Notes under the pieces: model-generated
Databases searched by the model: none
Seen by the model: the letters and a program-made list of their open reading frames with translations, nothing else
What the model was told of the DNA's origin: nothing
In this document: positions 34,479-43,344 of the stretch, piece by piece
Numbering within the stretch: the stretch's first letter is position 1
How the letters are laid out: every line of letters begins with the position of its first letter
Assembly (NCBI GenBank): GCA_021810625.1
Contig: JAJZIJ010000004.1
Span: 9,569 to 73,568 of the forward strand
DNA: 64,000 nt
Reading direction: 5' to 3'
From: Acidobacteriota bacterium
Lineage (GTDB): Bacteria; Acidobacteriota; Terriglobia; Terriglobales; Acidobacteriaceae
Translations under genes and position numbers: made by a program

Positions 34479-37400
34479 ATGGCTGAATTTACCCATCTCC
34501 ATCTGCACACCGATTACTCGCTGCTCGACGGGGCCTGCGATATTGAGAAGCTGGTCGCCCACGTAAAAGGGATGGGCCAGAAGGCCGTCGCCATGACGGA
34601 TCACGGCAACATCTATGGGGCCGTTCATCTTTTTGATGCTGCCAAAAAGCATGACATCAAACCCATTCTTGGCTGCGAACTCTACGTCTGCAAAAAGGAA
34701 GATCATCGCGCCGATCCGCAGGGCGACGAGTACAACCACCTGCTTGTCATCGCGGAAAATGAAGAGGGCTATCGCAATCTTGTCCGCATTACCTCAGAAG
34801 CGTCGCTGCACGGTTTCTATCGCAAGCCGCGCATCAGCAAAAAGTTTTTGGCCGAGCACGCCAAGGGACTGATTGGCTTCTCTGGCTGTCTTGCCGGAGA
34901 GCTTTGCCAGAACCTGATGCAGGGCAACTACGACTCCGCTCGTGCCTCCGCCAAGCAGTATCAGGATATTTTTGGTCGCGGAAATTTCTTTTTGGAGATT
35001 CAGGATCAAGGCCTCGAACAGGAAAAAAAGATTCATGCCGATCTGTTTCGTTTGGAGAAAGACCTCGACATTCCTCTGGTCGCCACCAACGACAGCCATT
35101 ACATTCACCATGACGACCACCACGCGCACGACGTGTTGCTCTGCGTGCAAACCGGAGCGTCTGTCCACGATGCCAAGCGCTTCCGCTTTGATGGCGACCA
35201 GTTCTATGTGAAATCCGCCGAGGAGATGGAGCAGGTTTTCTCGCACGCGCCGGAGGTGGTGGCGCGCACCATGCAGTTTGCCGAGCGCTGCAACATGAAG
35301 CTCAGCAAGATCGCCAATTCGTTTCCTCAGTTTGATGTGCCGCCCGGCTTCACCATTGACAGCTATTTTGAGAAGGTCAGTCGCGAAGGTTTTCGCCATC
35401 GTTTGGAAACGTCGGTGCAACATCTCCGCAATACCGGCCATTTGCGCCACACGACGGAAGAATACGAACAACGGTTGCAACGTGAGATCGATTGCATCCA
35501 GCAGATGAAATTTTCCGGGTACTTCCTCATCGTGTGGGATTTCATCCGCTACGCGAAGGAGCAGGATATTCCAGTGGGGCCAGGCCGTGGTTCGGCAACC
35601 GGCTCCCTGGTCGCGTATGCCCTGGGCATCACGGACATTGATCCGTTGCAGGCAAGCCTGCTGTTTGAGCGTTTTCTGAATCCCGAACGTGTCTCCATGC
35701 CGGATATCGATATCGATTTCTGCATGAATCGCCGCGGCGAAGTCATTGACTATGTCACCCGCAAGTATGGTCGCGAGCAAGTCGCGCAGATCATCACCTT
35801 CAACACAATGGCGGCCAAGGCTGCCGTTAAGGATGTTGGTCGCGCCCTCGACATGCCCTATGGCGAGGTCGATAAGATTGCCAAAATGATTCCGGCCACC
35901 ATCGGGATCACGCTGGAAAAGGCGATTGCCGAGTCGGAGCCACTCCAGCAGTTGTATGAGAACGATCCGCAGATTCGCGAGCTGCTCGACACTGCCCGCA
36001 AGCTGGAGGGGCTGGCGCGTGGCGCGGGCGTTCACGCTGCCGGGGTCGTGATTGCGCCGGAGCCGCTCACCAATCTGGTTCCGCTCAGCCGCAGCAAAAA
36101 CGACGAAATCGTCACCGCCTATGACATGAAATCCATCGAGAAAATCGGGCTGCTCAAGATGGATTTTCTTGGCCTGACGGCGCTGACCGTGATTCACGAG
36201 GCGCTTCGGCTCATATTCGTCAATCGCGGGATTCAGGTCGATATGGAGACGATTCCGCTTGAGGACAAGCAGACCTACTCCCAGGTATTTCACCGCGCGC
36301 TGACCTCTGGAGTGTTTCAGTTTGAATCCGATGGTATGCGCGATGTGCTGCGCCGCTACAAGCCAGAGACGGTCGCCGACCTTACGGCGTTGAATGCGCT
36401 GTATCGACCAGGGCCGATGCAGATGATCGACGACTTTGTTGAGCGTAAGTGGGGTCGCAAGCAGGTTCAATATGAACTTCCAGAGCTGGAAGCGCTGTTG
36501 AGCGAAACGCTCGGCGTGATTGTGTATCAGGAACAGGTGATGCAGATTGCCAATGTGCTGGCAGGCTACTCGCTCGGAGAGGCCGACCTGCTGCGCCGCG
36601 CAATGGGAAAAAAAGACCCCGTAGAGATGGCCAAGCAGCGCAACCGTTTTGTGCAGGGAGCGCTCGAACGAAAATTTCCGCAGAAAACGATCGACCACAT
36701 CTTCGACCAGATGGAACGCTTTGCCGGCTATGGATTCAACAAGTCGCACTCGGCGGCCTATGCGTTGCTGGCCTATCACACGGCTTATTTGAAGACGCAC
36801 TATCCGGTGGAGTTTATGGCCGCGCTGCTTACCTCCGAGACCAGCAAGCCGGAGAATGTGGTCAAGTACATCAAGGAATGTCGCGAGATGGGTATCGCCG
36901 TCGAGCCGCCCGATGTGCTGACCAGCAACTCCGACTTTACGCCCAACGGCAGCGCCATCCGCTTCGGACTGGCGGCCATCAAGAACGTTGGCCGCAATGC
37001 CATCGAGTCCATTCTTGATGCCCGCAAAATCGCGCAGCAGGAGCAGCGTCCCTTCGCCTCGCTCTTCGATTTTTGCGAGCGCATTGACCTGCGCCTTTTG
37101 AACAAGCGCGTGCTGGAGTCGCTCATTAAATCGGGAGCCTTCGACAGCTTTGGCCCACGCGCCGCGCTCGCCGCCGCCGTGGATAAAGCGATGGAGCGCG
37201 CGCAGAAATCGCAGCGCGACAACGCCGCCGGACAGCATGGATTGTTTGGCCTCTTCAACGACGGCCCGGCGACGGCGGCAGCTAATCAAGACGCGCTCCC
37301 GCAGGTTCCTGACTGGGAAGAACCTGTGCGTTTGCAAAACGAGAAAGAAGTTCTCGGATTTTATGTTTCCGGCCATCCGATGGACAAATATGCGGAAAAA

Positions 37401-37991
37401 CTTCGCAATCTTCCCGGCGTTGTGGACGCGCAAAAAGCGCTGGAGATGACACCCGTTGCCAGCTCTGGCCGCCGCGATCAGCAGAATGAAAATGAAATCT
37501 CCGTTGCCGGAATTCTTACTGGCGTGCGCGTGGCCAAGTCGCGCAAAGGCGACCTCTACGCGCAGGGCACGCTGGAAGACCTGACGGGCAAGATTGACCT
37601 GATCTGTTTTCCTGAAGCGTACAAAAAGCTGGCCGAGAAATTGAAGATGGAAGTCCCGGTGCTGGTTCGCGGCGTGCTGCGCGGCGAAGAGGACAGCGAG
37701 CCGAAGCTGGCTCTCTCCAGCATTACGGCGCTGGAAGACGTGAAGGTCAAACTACCCGGCAGCCTACGCATCCGCGTGGCGATGGAACGCGCCACAGAAG
37801 GAACGCTCACCCAACTCCACGCTCTGATTGTGGCTACGCCCGGCCCCGGAAAGTTGCTGCTCGATCTCGAACAGAAGGACGAATTTCTTGTGGTGCTGGA
37901 ACCTGCTGGCTTCGCCGTCGCCGCCGACAAAGCCTTTGTCGAGCGCGTCGAGGAGTTGGTCGGGGCTGGTTCCGTCCGCGTGATCGAGTAG
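34479..37991 (+). CDS. dnaE: DNA polymerase III subunit alpha
   Basis: 1170 aa. PHP domain (FTHLHLHTDYSLLDG), palm motifs (PDIDIDF, GLLKMDFLGL) and an OB fold near the C-terminus. Confidence 0.97.
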   Translation: MAEFTHLHLHTDYSLLDGACDIEKLVAHVKGMGQKAVAMTDHGNIYGAVHLFDAAKKHDIKPILGCELYVCKKEDHRADPQGDEYNHLLVIAENEEGYRNLVRITSEASLHGFYRKPRISKKFLAEHAKGLIGFSGCLAGELCQNLMQGNYDSARASAKQYQDIFGRGNFFLEIQDQGLEQEKKIHADLFRLEKDLDIPLVATNDSHYIHHDDHHAHDVLLCVQTGASVHDAKRFRFDGDQFYVKSAEEMEQVFSHAPEVVARTMQFAERCNMKLSKIANSFPQFDVPPGFTIDSYFEKVSREGFRHRLETSVQHLRNTGHLRHTTEEYEQRLQREIDCIQQMKFSGYFLIVWDFIRYAKEQDIPVGPGRGSATGSLVAYALGITDIDPLQASLLFERFLNPERVSMPDIDIDFCMNRRGEVIDYVTRKYGREQVAQIITFNTMAAKAAVKDVGRALDMPYGEVDKIAKMIPATIGITLEKAIAESEPLQQLYENDPQIRELLDTARKLEGLARGAGVHAAGVVIAPEPLTNLVPLSRSKNDEIVTAYDMKSIEKIGLLKMDFLGLTALTVIHEALRLIFVNRGIQVDMETIPLEDKQTYSQVFHRALTSGVFQFESDGMRDVLRRYKPETVADLTALNALYRPGPMQMIDDFVERKWGRKQVQYELPELEALLSETLGVIVYQEQVMQIANVLAGYSLGEADLLRRAMGKKDPVEMAKQRNRFVQGALERKFPQKTIDHIFDQMERFAGYGFNKSHSAAYALLAYHTAYLKTHYPVEFMAALLTSETSKPENVVKYIKECREMGIAVEPPDVLTSNSDFTPNGSAIRFGLAAIKNVGRNAIESILDARKIAQQEQRPFASLFDFCERIDLRLLNKRVLESLIKSGAFDSFGPRAALAAAVDKAMERAQKSQRDNAAGQHGLFGLFNDGPATAAANQDALPQVPDWEEPVRLQNEKEVLGFYVSGHPMDKYAEKLRNLPGVVDAQKALEMTPVASSGRRDQQNENEISVAGILTGVRVAKSRKGDLYAQGTLEDLTGKIDLICFPEAYKKLAEKLKMEVPVLVRGVLRGEEDSEPKLALSSITALEDVKVKLPGSLRIRVAMERATEGTLTQLHALIVATPGPGKLLLDLEQKDEFLVVLEPAGFAVAADKAFVERVEELVGAGSVRVIE

Positions 37992-38000
37992 GGATGCATC

Positions 38001-38120
38001 CGGGTGCCCTATCCTTCGCGCCTTTGCGAAGGGTGGCATGACGCGCTGCTCTCCTCGAAAAATTCATTTTCGTGGAAGGAGTCATTCTGAGGAGCAATGC
38101 GACGAAGAATCCAGAGAATC
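38001..38120. repeat. REP-C element plus GTCATTCTGA...GAAGAATCC module
   Basis: CGGGTGCCCTATCCTTCGCGCCTTTGCGAAGGGTGGCATGACGCGCTGCTCTCCTCGAAAAATTCA, then GTCATTCTGAGGAGCAATGCGACGAAGAATCCAGAGAATC. Confidence 0.85.
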
Positions 38121-38183
38121 CACGCTAGCCTATGTCAGCCTGATATCTATATCCTGCTTCTGGATTGCAAAGGGAGAACAGCC

Positions 38184-39056
38184 ATGAATCGCCCCAAAAT
38201 TATCTTGGATACTAATATCTGTAGCGATGTGGTGAACGGAGTCATTTCGCCAGATGAGTGGAAGCGAGTACGCCAACATATCAACGCGCATTATCGCTAT
38301 TGGATTTCTTTCATCACTTTAAAAGAGCTATGCGGAAGGCTTGCCAAAGGTAAGGATGAGTTCTTTGAGGAAAATAAAAAACCACTGCGCGTCTTGTATG
38401 AACCAGCCAAAATAGAATTCTTGGCTTATCCAGTGACATTCGCACTCCGTACTGTGCTCGGAGTAGACGTTTCACGACGCTTTGATAGAAAATATGCACG
38501 CACAGAAGAAGAATTTTATGAGCTTATTTACAAGGTTGTTCTTCGTGCATCAAGTAAAAGACAGCTTAAAGTTCTAGGGGTTCCTAATCCCAATAGCAGA
38601 CCAAAAATAATTACATTTGACCTTGACCATTTCGATTCTCACGAAGATGGCCCCCAAAAGACATTCGCTGAACGCTTTAAAAAAATCCGGGAGGGAAAGG
38701 TCAAAAACCCAACGCCGCGCATGATTGTTGAAGGGTTATTGGAGGATTTGCCAAGTGACTGCGTTCGGACAGGGGATATTCCCACTCCTACGGCAGAAAA
38801 CTACGAGAAATTGGAGCACTCGCTAGACGCTGCCTGTAAGCACATATGCAATGTTGCTGGTTTAATGAAAGATGGAAACTACGACATCTCCAAGCCGAAG
38901 AACGAAAACAACTGGGGAGACTCAATGCAGCTTTTCTACCTCTGCGATGAATCTATGCACTTTTTGACAGCGGATAAAGGTTTTCACAACAACACACAAG
39001 GTAGTCCCCAGCAATCTCGTATATTGCTTTACAAAGATTTCGTTCAATCCTTTTGA
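38184..39056 (+). CDS. PIN-like domain protein with large internal insertion
   Basis: 290 aa from MNRPKIILDTNI (PIN motif 1). Also ITLKEL (Glu) and C-terminal NNWGDSMQLFYL...HFLTADKGF (PIN motifs 3/4). AGGGAGA lies 7 nt upstream. A 60-nt line counted 23/60 GC. Confidence 0.55.
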   Translation: MNRPKIILDTNICSDVVNGVISPDEWKRVRQHINAHYRYWISFITLKELCGRLAKGKDEFFEENKKPLRVLYEPAKIEFLAYPVTFALRTVLGVDVSRRFDRKYARTEEEFYELIYKVVLRASSKRQLKVLGVPNPNSRPKIITFDLDHFDSHEDGPQKTFAERFKKIREGKVKNPTPRMIVEGLLEDLPSDCVRTGDIPTPTAENYEKLEHSLDAACKHICNVAGLMKDGNYDISKPKNENNWGDSMQLFYLCDESMHFLTADKGFHNNTQGSPQQSRILLYKDFVQSF

Positions 39057-39088
39057 TCGCGCCTACTCAACCTTACGCAGCCTGCAGC

Positions 39089-39163
39089 CGGGTGCCGGGT
39101 ACCCCATTCTTCGCGCTTTTGCGAAGGATGGGATGATGCGCTGCTCTCCTCGAAGAATTTATT
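39089..39163. repeat. REP-C element, direct-repeat partner of 38001-38066
   Basis: CGGGTGCCGGGTACCCCATTCTTCGCGCTTTTGCGAAGGATGGGATGATGCGCTGCTCTCCTCGAAGAATTTATT. Same orientation as the copy upstream of the PIN-like gene. Confidence 0.85.
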
Positions 39164-39260
39164 CCCTCTGTGTACTATCTCCAGAATTCTTTCATCGTGC
39201 CCTCTTGTTTGTGCGCATCTAACTAAAAGTAGCCAGTAGCGGACATCATCGAGGTAGACC

Positions 39261-39662
39261 ATGAAACTTCATCGAAACATCGCCTTCCAGGCAGCACTGT
39301 TGCCTGTGTTGATCGCAGGAGCGCACGCGCAGACTGCAACCACCCCAAACAGCACGACGACTACGACCACCACGCAGAATGCAACGCCGCAGCCAGCCCC
39401 GGCGTCTCCGATTGCCCAGACTCCGCTGACTTCAGCACAAGGCATGACCAAGGCTAATTCCGAGAAACAGCAGGCAGCGGAACTGAAGCGTCAGGCGAAG
39501 TACAACAAAAAAGCCGCCAGGAATCGCGAAAACGCAATCAAGGATAAGCAGAAGGCAGCAGCAAGCCGTACCAAGGCCCAGCAGGAGCAGAATCAAGCTA
39601 TTGTTGAGCACGATAAGGCTGCGGAGAATCAGCAACGGGCGACTCCACAACCACAACCGTAG
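39261..39662 (+). CDS. small secreted low-complexity protein (Thr-rich, then Lys/Gln/Ala-rich)
   Basis: 133 aa. Clear signal peptide (AALLPVLIAGAHAQ), a poly-Thr run and a charged helical tail. Confidence 0.5.
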   Translation: MKLHRNIAFQAALLPVLIAGAHAQTATTPNSTTTTTTTQNATPQPAPASPIAQTPLTSAQGMTKANSEKQQAAELKRQAKYNKKAARNRENAIKDKQKAAASRTKAQQEQNQAIVEHDKAAENQQRATPQPQP

Positions 39663-39703
39663 CCAGGATTATGCGATCTGGCTGGATGCCCTTATTCCAG
39701 ATG

Positions 39704-39730
39704 CCCCATCCTTGATTCGCAAGGGTGGGG
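39704..39730. repeat. REP-C-like hairpin
   Basis: CCCCATCCTTG-ATTCG-CAAGGGTGGGG, in the accA upstream region. Confidence 0.75.
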
Positions 39731-39847
39731 GGGGGAGTGTGCCCGGCGTGCTTGGCTGTGTGCTGGCAGAAAATTTCTTCCTCTCCCCACTCCCCCCAGT
39801 TGTGTTGCGCTGCTCGTATCCATAGAATCAAAGATTCAGGAACCGAG

Positions 39848-40693
39848 ATGGAGATTTCCGCAGCACAAGCCAACGAAGCGCCAGCCGAGACGACAACCCT
39901 CGCCTGGCAGAAGACGGAGCTGGCGCGTCATCCACAGCGGCCTCATCCGATGGATTTTATTGCCAACCTCTTTACCGACCGCAGCGAGATTCACGGCGAC
40001 CGCGCCTTTGGCGATGATGCCGCTGTGACCTGCCTGATGGCGCGCTTTCACGGTGAAGAAGTGCTGGTGATCGCCAACCTCAAAGGCCGCACCACCAAGG
40101 AAAAAGTTCAGCGCAACTTTGGCATGCCCAATCCAGAGGGCTATCGCAAAGCTCTCCGCACAATGAAGATTGCCGAGAAATTTGGTCGTCCCATCTTTAC
40201 GTTCATCGACCTTGCCGGCGCCAATGCAGGTCTGGGAGCCGAGGAGCGCGGCCAGGCCGAGGCCATTGCCCACAATCTGCGCGAGATGTCGCGGCTGCGC
40301 GTGCCCACCATCGCCACCATTACCGGCGAAGGCGGCTCCGGCGGCGCGCTTGCCATTGCCGTGACGGATCGCGTTTTTATTCTGGAGAATGCGGCCTACT
40401 CCGTCATTTCTCCCGAAGCCTGCGCGTCGATTATGTGGCGCGATGCCAGCAAACGCGCTCTTGCGGCAGAGGCGCTGCGTACAACTGCGGATGACGTGTA
40501 CCGTCTCGGCTGCGTGGATGCCATTGTGCCGGAGCCGGAGGGCGGCGCGCACACCCAACCCGCTCTGGCGGCGGAGATGCTCGGCAAAATTCTGCGACAG
40601 AGCCTGAGCGATTTACAGCAGCTTTCCATCGAAGAGTTGATCGCGCAGCGGCAGAAAAAATTCCGCAACATGGCGCAGTTTTACACCTCCTGA
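39848..40693 (+). CDS. accA: acetyl-CoA carboxylase carboxyltransferase subunit alpha
   Basis: ARHPQRPH, NFGMPNPEGYRKA, TFIDLAGA and TGEGGSGGALA motifs. Start at MEISAAQ. Confidence 0.93.
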   Translation: MEISAAQANEAPAETTTLAWQKTELARHPQRPHPMDFIANLFTDRSEIHGDRAFGDDAAVTCLMARFHGEEVLVIANLKGRTTKEKVQRNFGMPNPEGYRKALRTMKIAEKFGRPIFTFIDLAGANAGLGAEERGQAEAIAHNLREMSRLRVPTIATITGEGGSGGALAIAVTDRVFILENAAYSVISPEACASIMWRDASKRALAAEALRTTADDVYRLGCVDAIVPEPEGGAHTQPALAAEMLGKILRQSLSDLQQLSIEELIAQRQKKFRNMAQFYTS

Positions 40694-40797
40694 CCCCACA
40701 GAAAATAGGCGGCACACACATAGATGGCAGGTTTGCGGCGCAGCGATGGACGAATCGGGATCGATGCCCACTGTTGCCATGTCTGCGAGGCGGACGC

Positions 40798-41796
40798 ATG
40801 AGTCTCTTTCGCGGGTCGGGACGGGGTCGTGTGCTTGCGCGCTTCGTGCTGGCCGTTGCCTTCTTCATTGTCGCGCAATTTCTGGCCGATCAAGCCGCGC
40901 AGGGCTTCAGCGTGGGGATCGCGCTCCCACTGGTACGCAATACATTTCTTCTTTTTCTGGAGATCATAGGCTTTGGCTATATGGGGCTGGCCTTTGACGG
41001 CACGCGCCAGCCGCTCCGCGCAATGGGTTTTGTGCGGCGGCCTGGCCAACGCTTTGGGCGGTTGCGCGAGTTTGCCCTGGGCGCGGCTCTGGGCTGGGGC
41101 ATGATGGTGGCCGTCGCTCTGGTGTTGGCGCTCGCTGGCATTTTGTATGTGCATTTCTCGTGGGGGCCGCGCGCTTTTTTGCTTCTGGCGATGCAGTTGG
41201 GGGTTCTCGCCACAGGCGCGCTGGCCAGTGAGGTTGCCTTGCGCGGCTACCCCTTTCAAAAACTCATTGAAGCCTTTGGCTCCTTCACGGCCACGGTCAT
41301 GGCCTGCATCTTTTTCGGACTGCTGCGCATGGAATCTCCCGGCGCGGGGACAGCGGGCATCTGGGTCAGCGGGATTGCCGCATTGCTGCTCTCGCTGGCG
41401 TATCTGCGTACACGCGCCCTGTGGCTGCCCTGGGGGATTCACTTTGCATGGCTGGCCAGCATGGGCGCTCTCTTTGGCCTGCCAATGGCGGGCAACACCG
41501 CCGCCGCAACTATAGTGCAGACCGACACCTACGGCCCGCGCTGGATGACCGGCGGAGACTACGGCCCGGAGGCGGGATGGCTGGCCTTTCTGGCGCTGCT
41601 GGTCGGCGTGTTTGTGCTGCTGCGCGTCACGCGGGAGTTGTCATGGAGGGTGAATCAGCCGGAGTTGCAGCCGGCAGGCATCCCGGTTGACATTCCGCAT
41701 CCTGCGCCCGCATCGTCCGCCGCGCCCGCATCGCCCGCTGCCGTTGCGCCGTCCCTTGTGCAGATTGCGCCGACCAACAAAACTGAGAATCGCTGA
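40798..41796 (+). CDS. CPBP-family intramembrane glutamic endopeptidase (CAAX protease-like)
   Basis: Multi-TM protein with an EVALRGY (EExxxR-type) motif and a downstream FxxxH-like HFAWLASMG. Confidence 0.65.
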   Translation: MSLFRGSGRGRVLARFVLAVAFFIVAQFLADQAAQGFSVGIALPLVRNTFLLFLEIIGFGYMGLAFDGTRQPLRAMGFVRRPGQRFGRLREFALGAALGWGMMVAVALVLALAGILYVHFSWGPRAFLLLAMQLGVLATGALASEVALRGYPFQKLIEAFGSFTATVMACIFFGLLRMESPGAGTAGIWVSGIAALLLSLAYLRTRALWLPWGIHFAWLASMGALFGLPMAGNTAAATIVQTDTYGPRWMTGGDYGPEAGWLAFLALLVGVFVLLRVTRELSWRVNQPELQPAGIPVDIPHPAPASSAAPASPAAVAPSLVQIAPTNKTENR

Positions 41797-41979
41797 ACTG
41801 TTCCGAGGCGACCATCTTCATGTAAACTTGTCTTGCAGACGGCTTCGCAGTTGCCGCAGTCCAGCGAATCCCCACAGTGGATGAACGCATTCCTCACGCG
41901 GCACTCCTCGCGCGCGCCGGAGTTGCGTGATTCCTGCGGGATTGCAGGGACAGAGATATTTTTTCAGGAGATTGTTTGT

Positions 41980-42159
41980 ATGGCCAAGATTGCCAAGACC
42001 GGTGACCGCAAAAAAGTGATGGACACCACCAAGAGCACCGATTGCCCCAAGTGCGCCAAGCCCACCCGCATCGTCAAGCGCGTCAAGGATCGCGAGCGTG
42101 GCACGCCGGGCGGCATGTACATCTCCTGCTCGGCCTGTGAGTTCTTCGAGAAGCTGTAG
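41980..42159 (+). CDS. small zinc-ribbon protein (59 aa)
   Basis: MAKIAKTGDRKK...CPKC...(27 aa)...CSAC. AGGAG lies 9 nt upstream of the ATG. It sits inside a longer 108-aa ORF. Confidence 0.45.
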   Translation: MAKIAKTGDRKKVMDTTKSTDCPKCAKPTRIVKRVKDRERGTPGGMYISCSACEFFEKL

Positions 42160-42194
42160 GCTGAATTTACCCTGTGACCCGGACTCGCCGGATG

Positions 42195-42230
42195 CCCCAC
42201 ATGCGCCGCGTTTTTTGCGGCGCATGTGGG
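42195..42230. repeat. REP-A palindromic element copy 3
   Basis: CCCCACATGCGCCGCG-TTTTT-TGCGGCGCATGTGGG. Confidence 0.85.
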
Positions 42231-42277
42231 AGAGTCGTGGAATCGTTTCCGTTTTGAGGATATACAGTCAGGAGTTT

Positions 42278-42309
42278 CCCCATTCAAGCCAAAAGAAGGC
42301 CTGAACGGG
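42278..42309. repeat. REP-B palindromic element (degenerate copy)
   Basis: CCCCATTCAAGCC-AAAAGAA-GGCCTGAACGGG, followed by CCACCC. Confidence 0.75.
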
Positions 42310-42346
42310 CCACCCGCCACCCGCCTAAAGTCGCGTTCAACTGAAA

Positions 42347-42766
42347 ATGGAGTTTGTGGACATGGAAGAAAAAGATCAGGTCGCTTCCGACGTTTCGCCT
42401 GAGGAGTGGGTCGCAGAAGTTCTCCGATTGTCCAAAGAACCTGACGAATCCGAAATCTACGTTCGAGTGCTATTTCCTGGCGGTGAAATCGTTGCCAGTG
42501 GGTTCCGACCCTTGGCAGATGCACAAACGATTCAAATTCCCCTACAGCGACAATCGCCTTCGGGTTTAGGTAGTGCCGCCCTACGACTTTCCCTGCCAAG
42601 ATTGGAGGAAGGCTGGTATCGGAAGGCTCTGAGCGAAACAGGCGAAATCTTCTTATCTGTGGCTTATCCGGCATGTGGAATGACAATTCCCGCGAGGGTG
42701 GAACTTCAGATTGCCACGAATCTGGACTTTTTAGACCTCGTAACGAACGTAGCTCAGATGCAGTGA
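42347..42766 (+). CDS. hypothetical protein
   Basis: 139-aa ORF followed by a clean rho-independent terminator. No motif recognised. Confidence 0.45.
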   Translation: MEFVDMEEKDQVASDVSPEEWVAEVLRLSKEPDESEIYVRVLFPGGEIVASGFRPLADAQTIQIPLQRQSPSGLGSAALRLSLPRLEEGWYRKALSETGEIFLSVAYPACGMTIPARVELQIATNLDFLDLVTNVAQMQ

Positions 42767-42840
42767 GAGAGATTGGTGTAGACATAGATTCTCTCCAGCG
42801 CTAATATGCGTCTAGAGAGTCGCGTCTTAAGAGATAATCA

Positions 42841-42867
42841 GCCCCGCCCTGGCAGGCGGGGTTTTTC
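42841..42867 (+). terminator. rho-independent terminator
   Basis: CCCCGCC-CTGGCA-GGCGGGG followed by TTTTT, 75 nt after the stop of the 42347-42766 ORF. Confidence 0.8.
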
Positions 42868-43005
42868 TATTTGCTGGCTTAATTGTCTGGCTGATTCAGA
42901 ATCTTCGCTATAGGAAAATTTTAGGCAATGGCCTGTGGCTTCTTTTTCCTGTGGAAAGTTTTTGGAACCCGTGGTTCCATAAGACAGGAGCATGAGTTTA
43001 GGACT

Positions 43006-43344
43006 ATGACCGATCAAGAAAAGAAGTTGCACCGCGCAAAGCTGCTCATTGAAATCGAAGATGCCGAACGCGACCTTGCGTTTTCCCAAGATCAGGCAAT
43101 CGCCCTCGCGGAAAGACTTGAGAAGATCGCTGACAAATTGAGAGGCAATGCCGAACTGCAACCCAATCCCCTTGACTTTAGCCCAGAGGGAGATGTGGCA
43201 AACCGGCTGACACCCGACCAAATTTCCGAATTCCCGGTCTTGCAGATGGTAGCCGCCGTCGTCGAAGAACTAAAAAGATCGCGTCAGACCGTGTTAAATC
43301 TCCGAAAGCGGATGGATAAACTCACAGCCGCCGCAATTTTCTAA
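43006..43344 (+). CDS. hypothetical coiled-coil protein
   Basis: 112 aa from MTDQEKK with heptad-like helical sequence. No SD seen. No motif recognised. Confidence 0.35.
   Translation: MTDQEKKLHRAKLLIEIEDAERDLAFSQDQAIALAERLEKIADKLRGNAELQPNPLDFSPEGDVANRLTPDQISEFPVLQMVAAVVEELKRSRQTVLNLRKRMDKLTAAAIF

Noticed and set aside
34794-37433. 879-aa minus-strand ORF
   Set aside because: It lies entirely antisense to dnaE, whose identity is unambiguous. Long antisense ORFs are expected in high-GC coding DNA.
41964-42785. 273-aa minus-strand ORF
   Set aside because: It reads straight through the REP-A and REP-B palindromes (giving the PTCAAKNAAHVG pseudo-peptide also seen at 9415-9657). It also opposes two plus-strand ORFs, one of which has a proper terminator. 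Treated as spurious.
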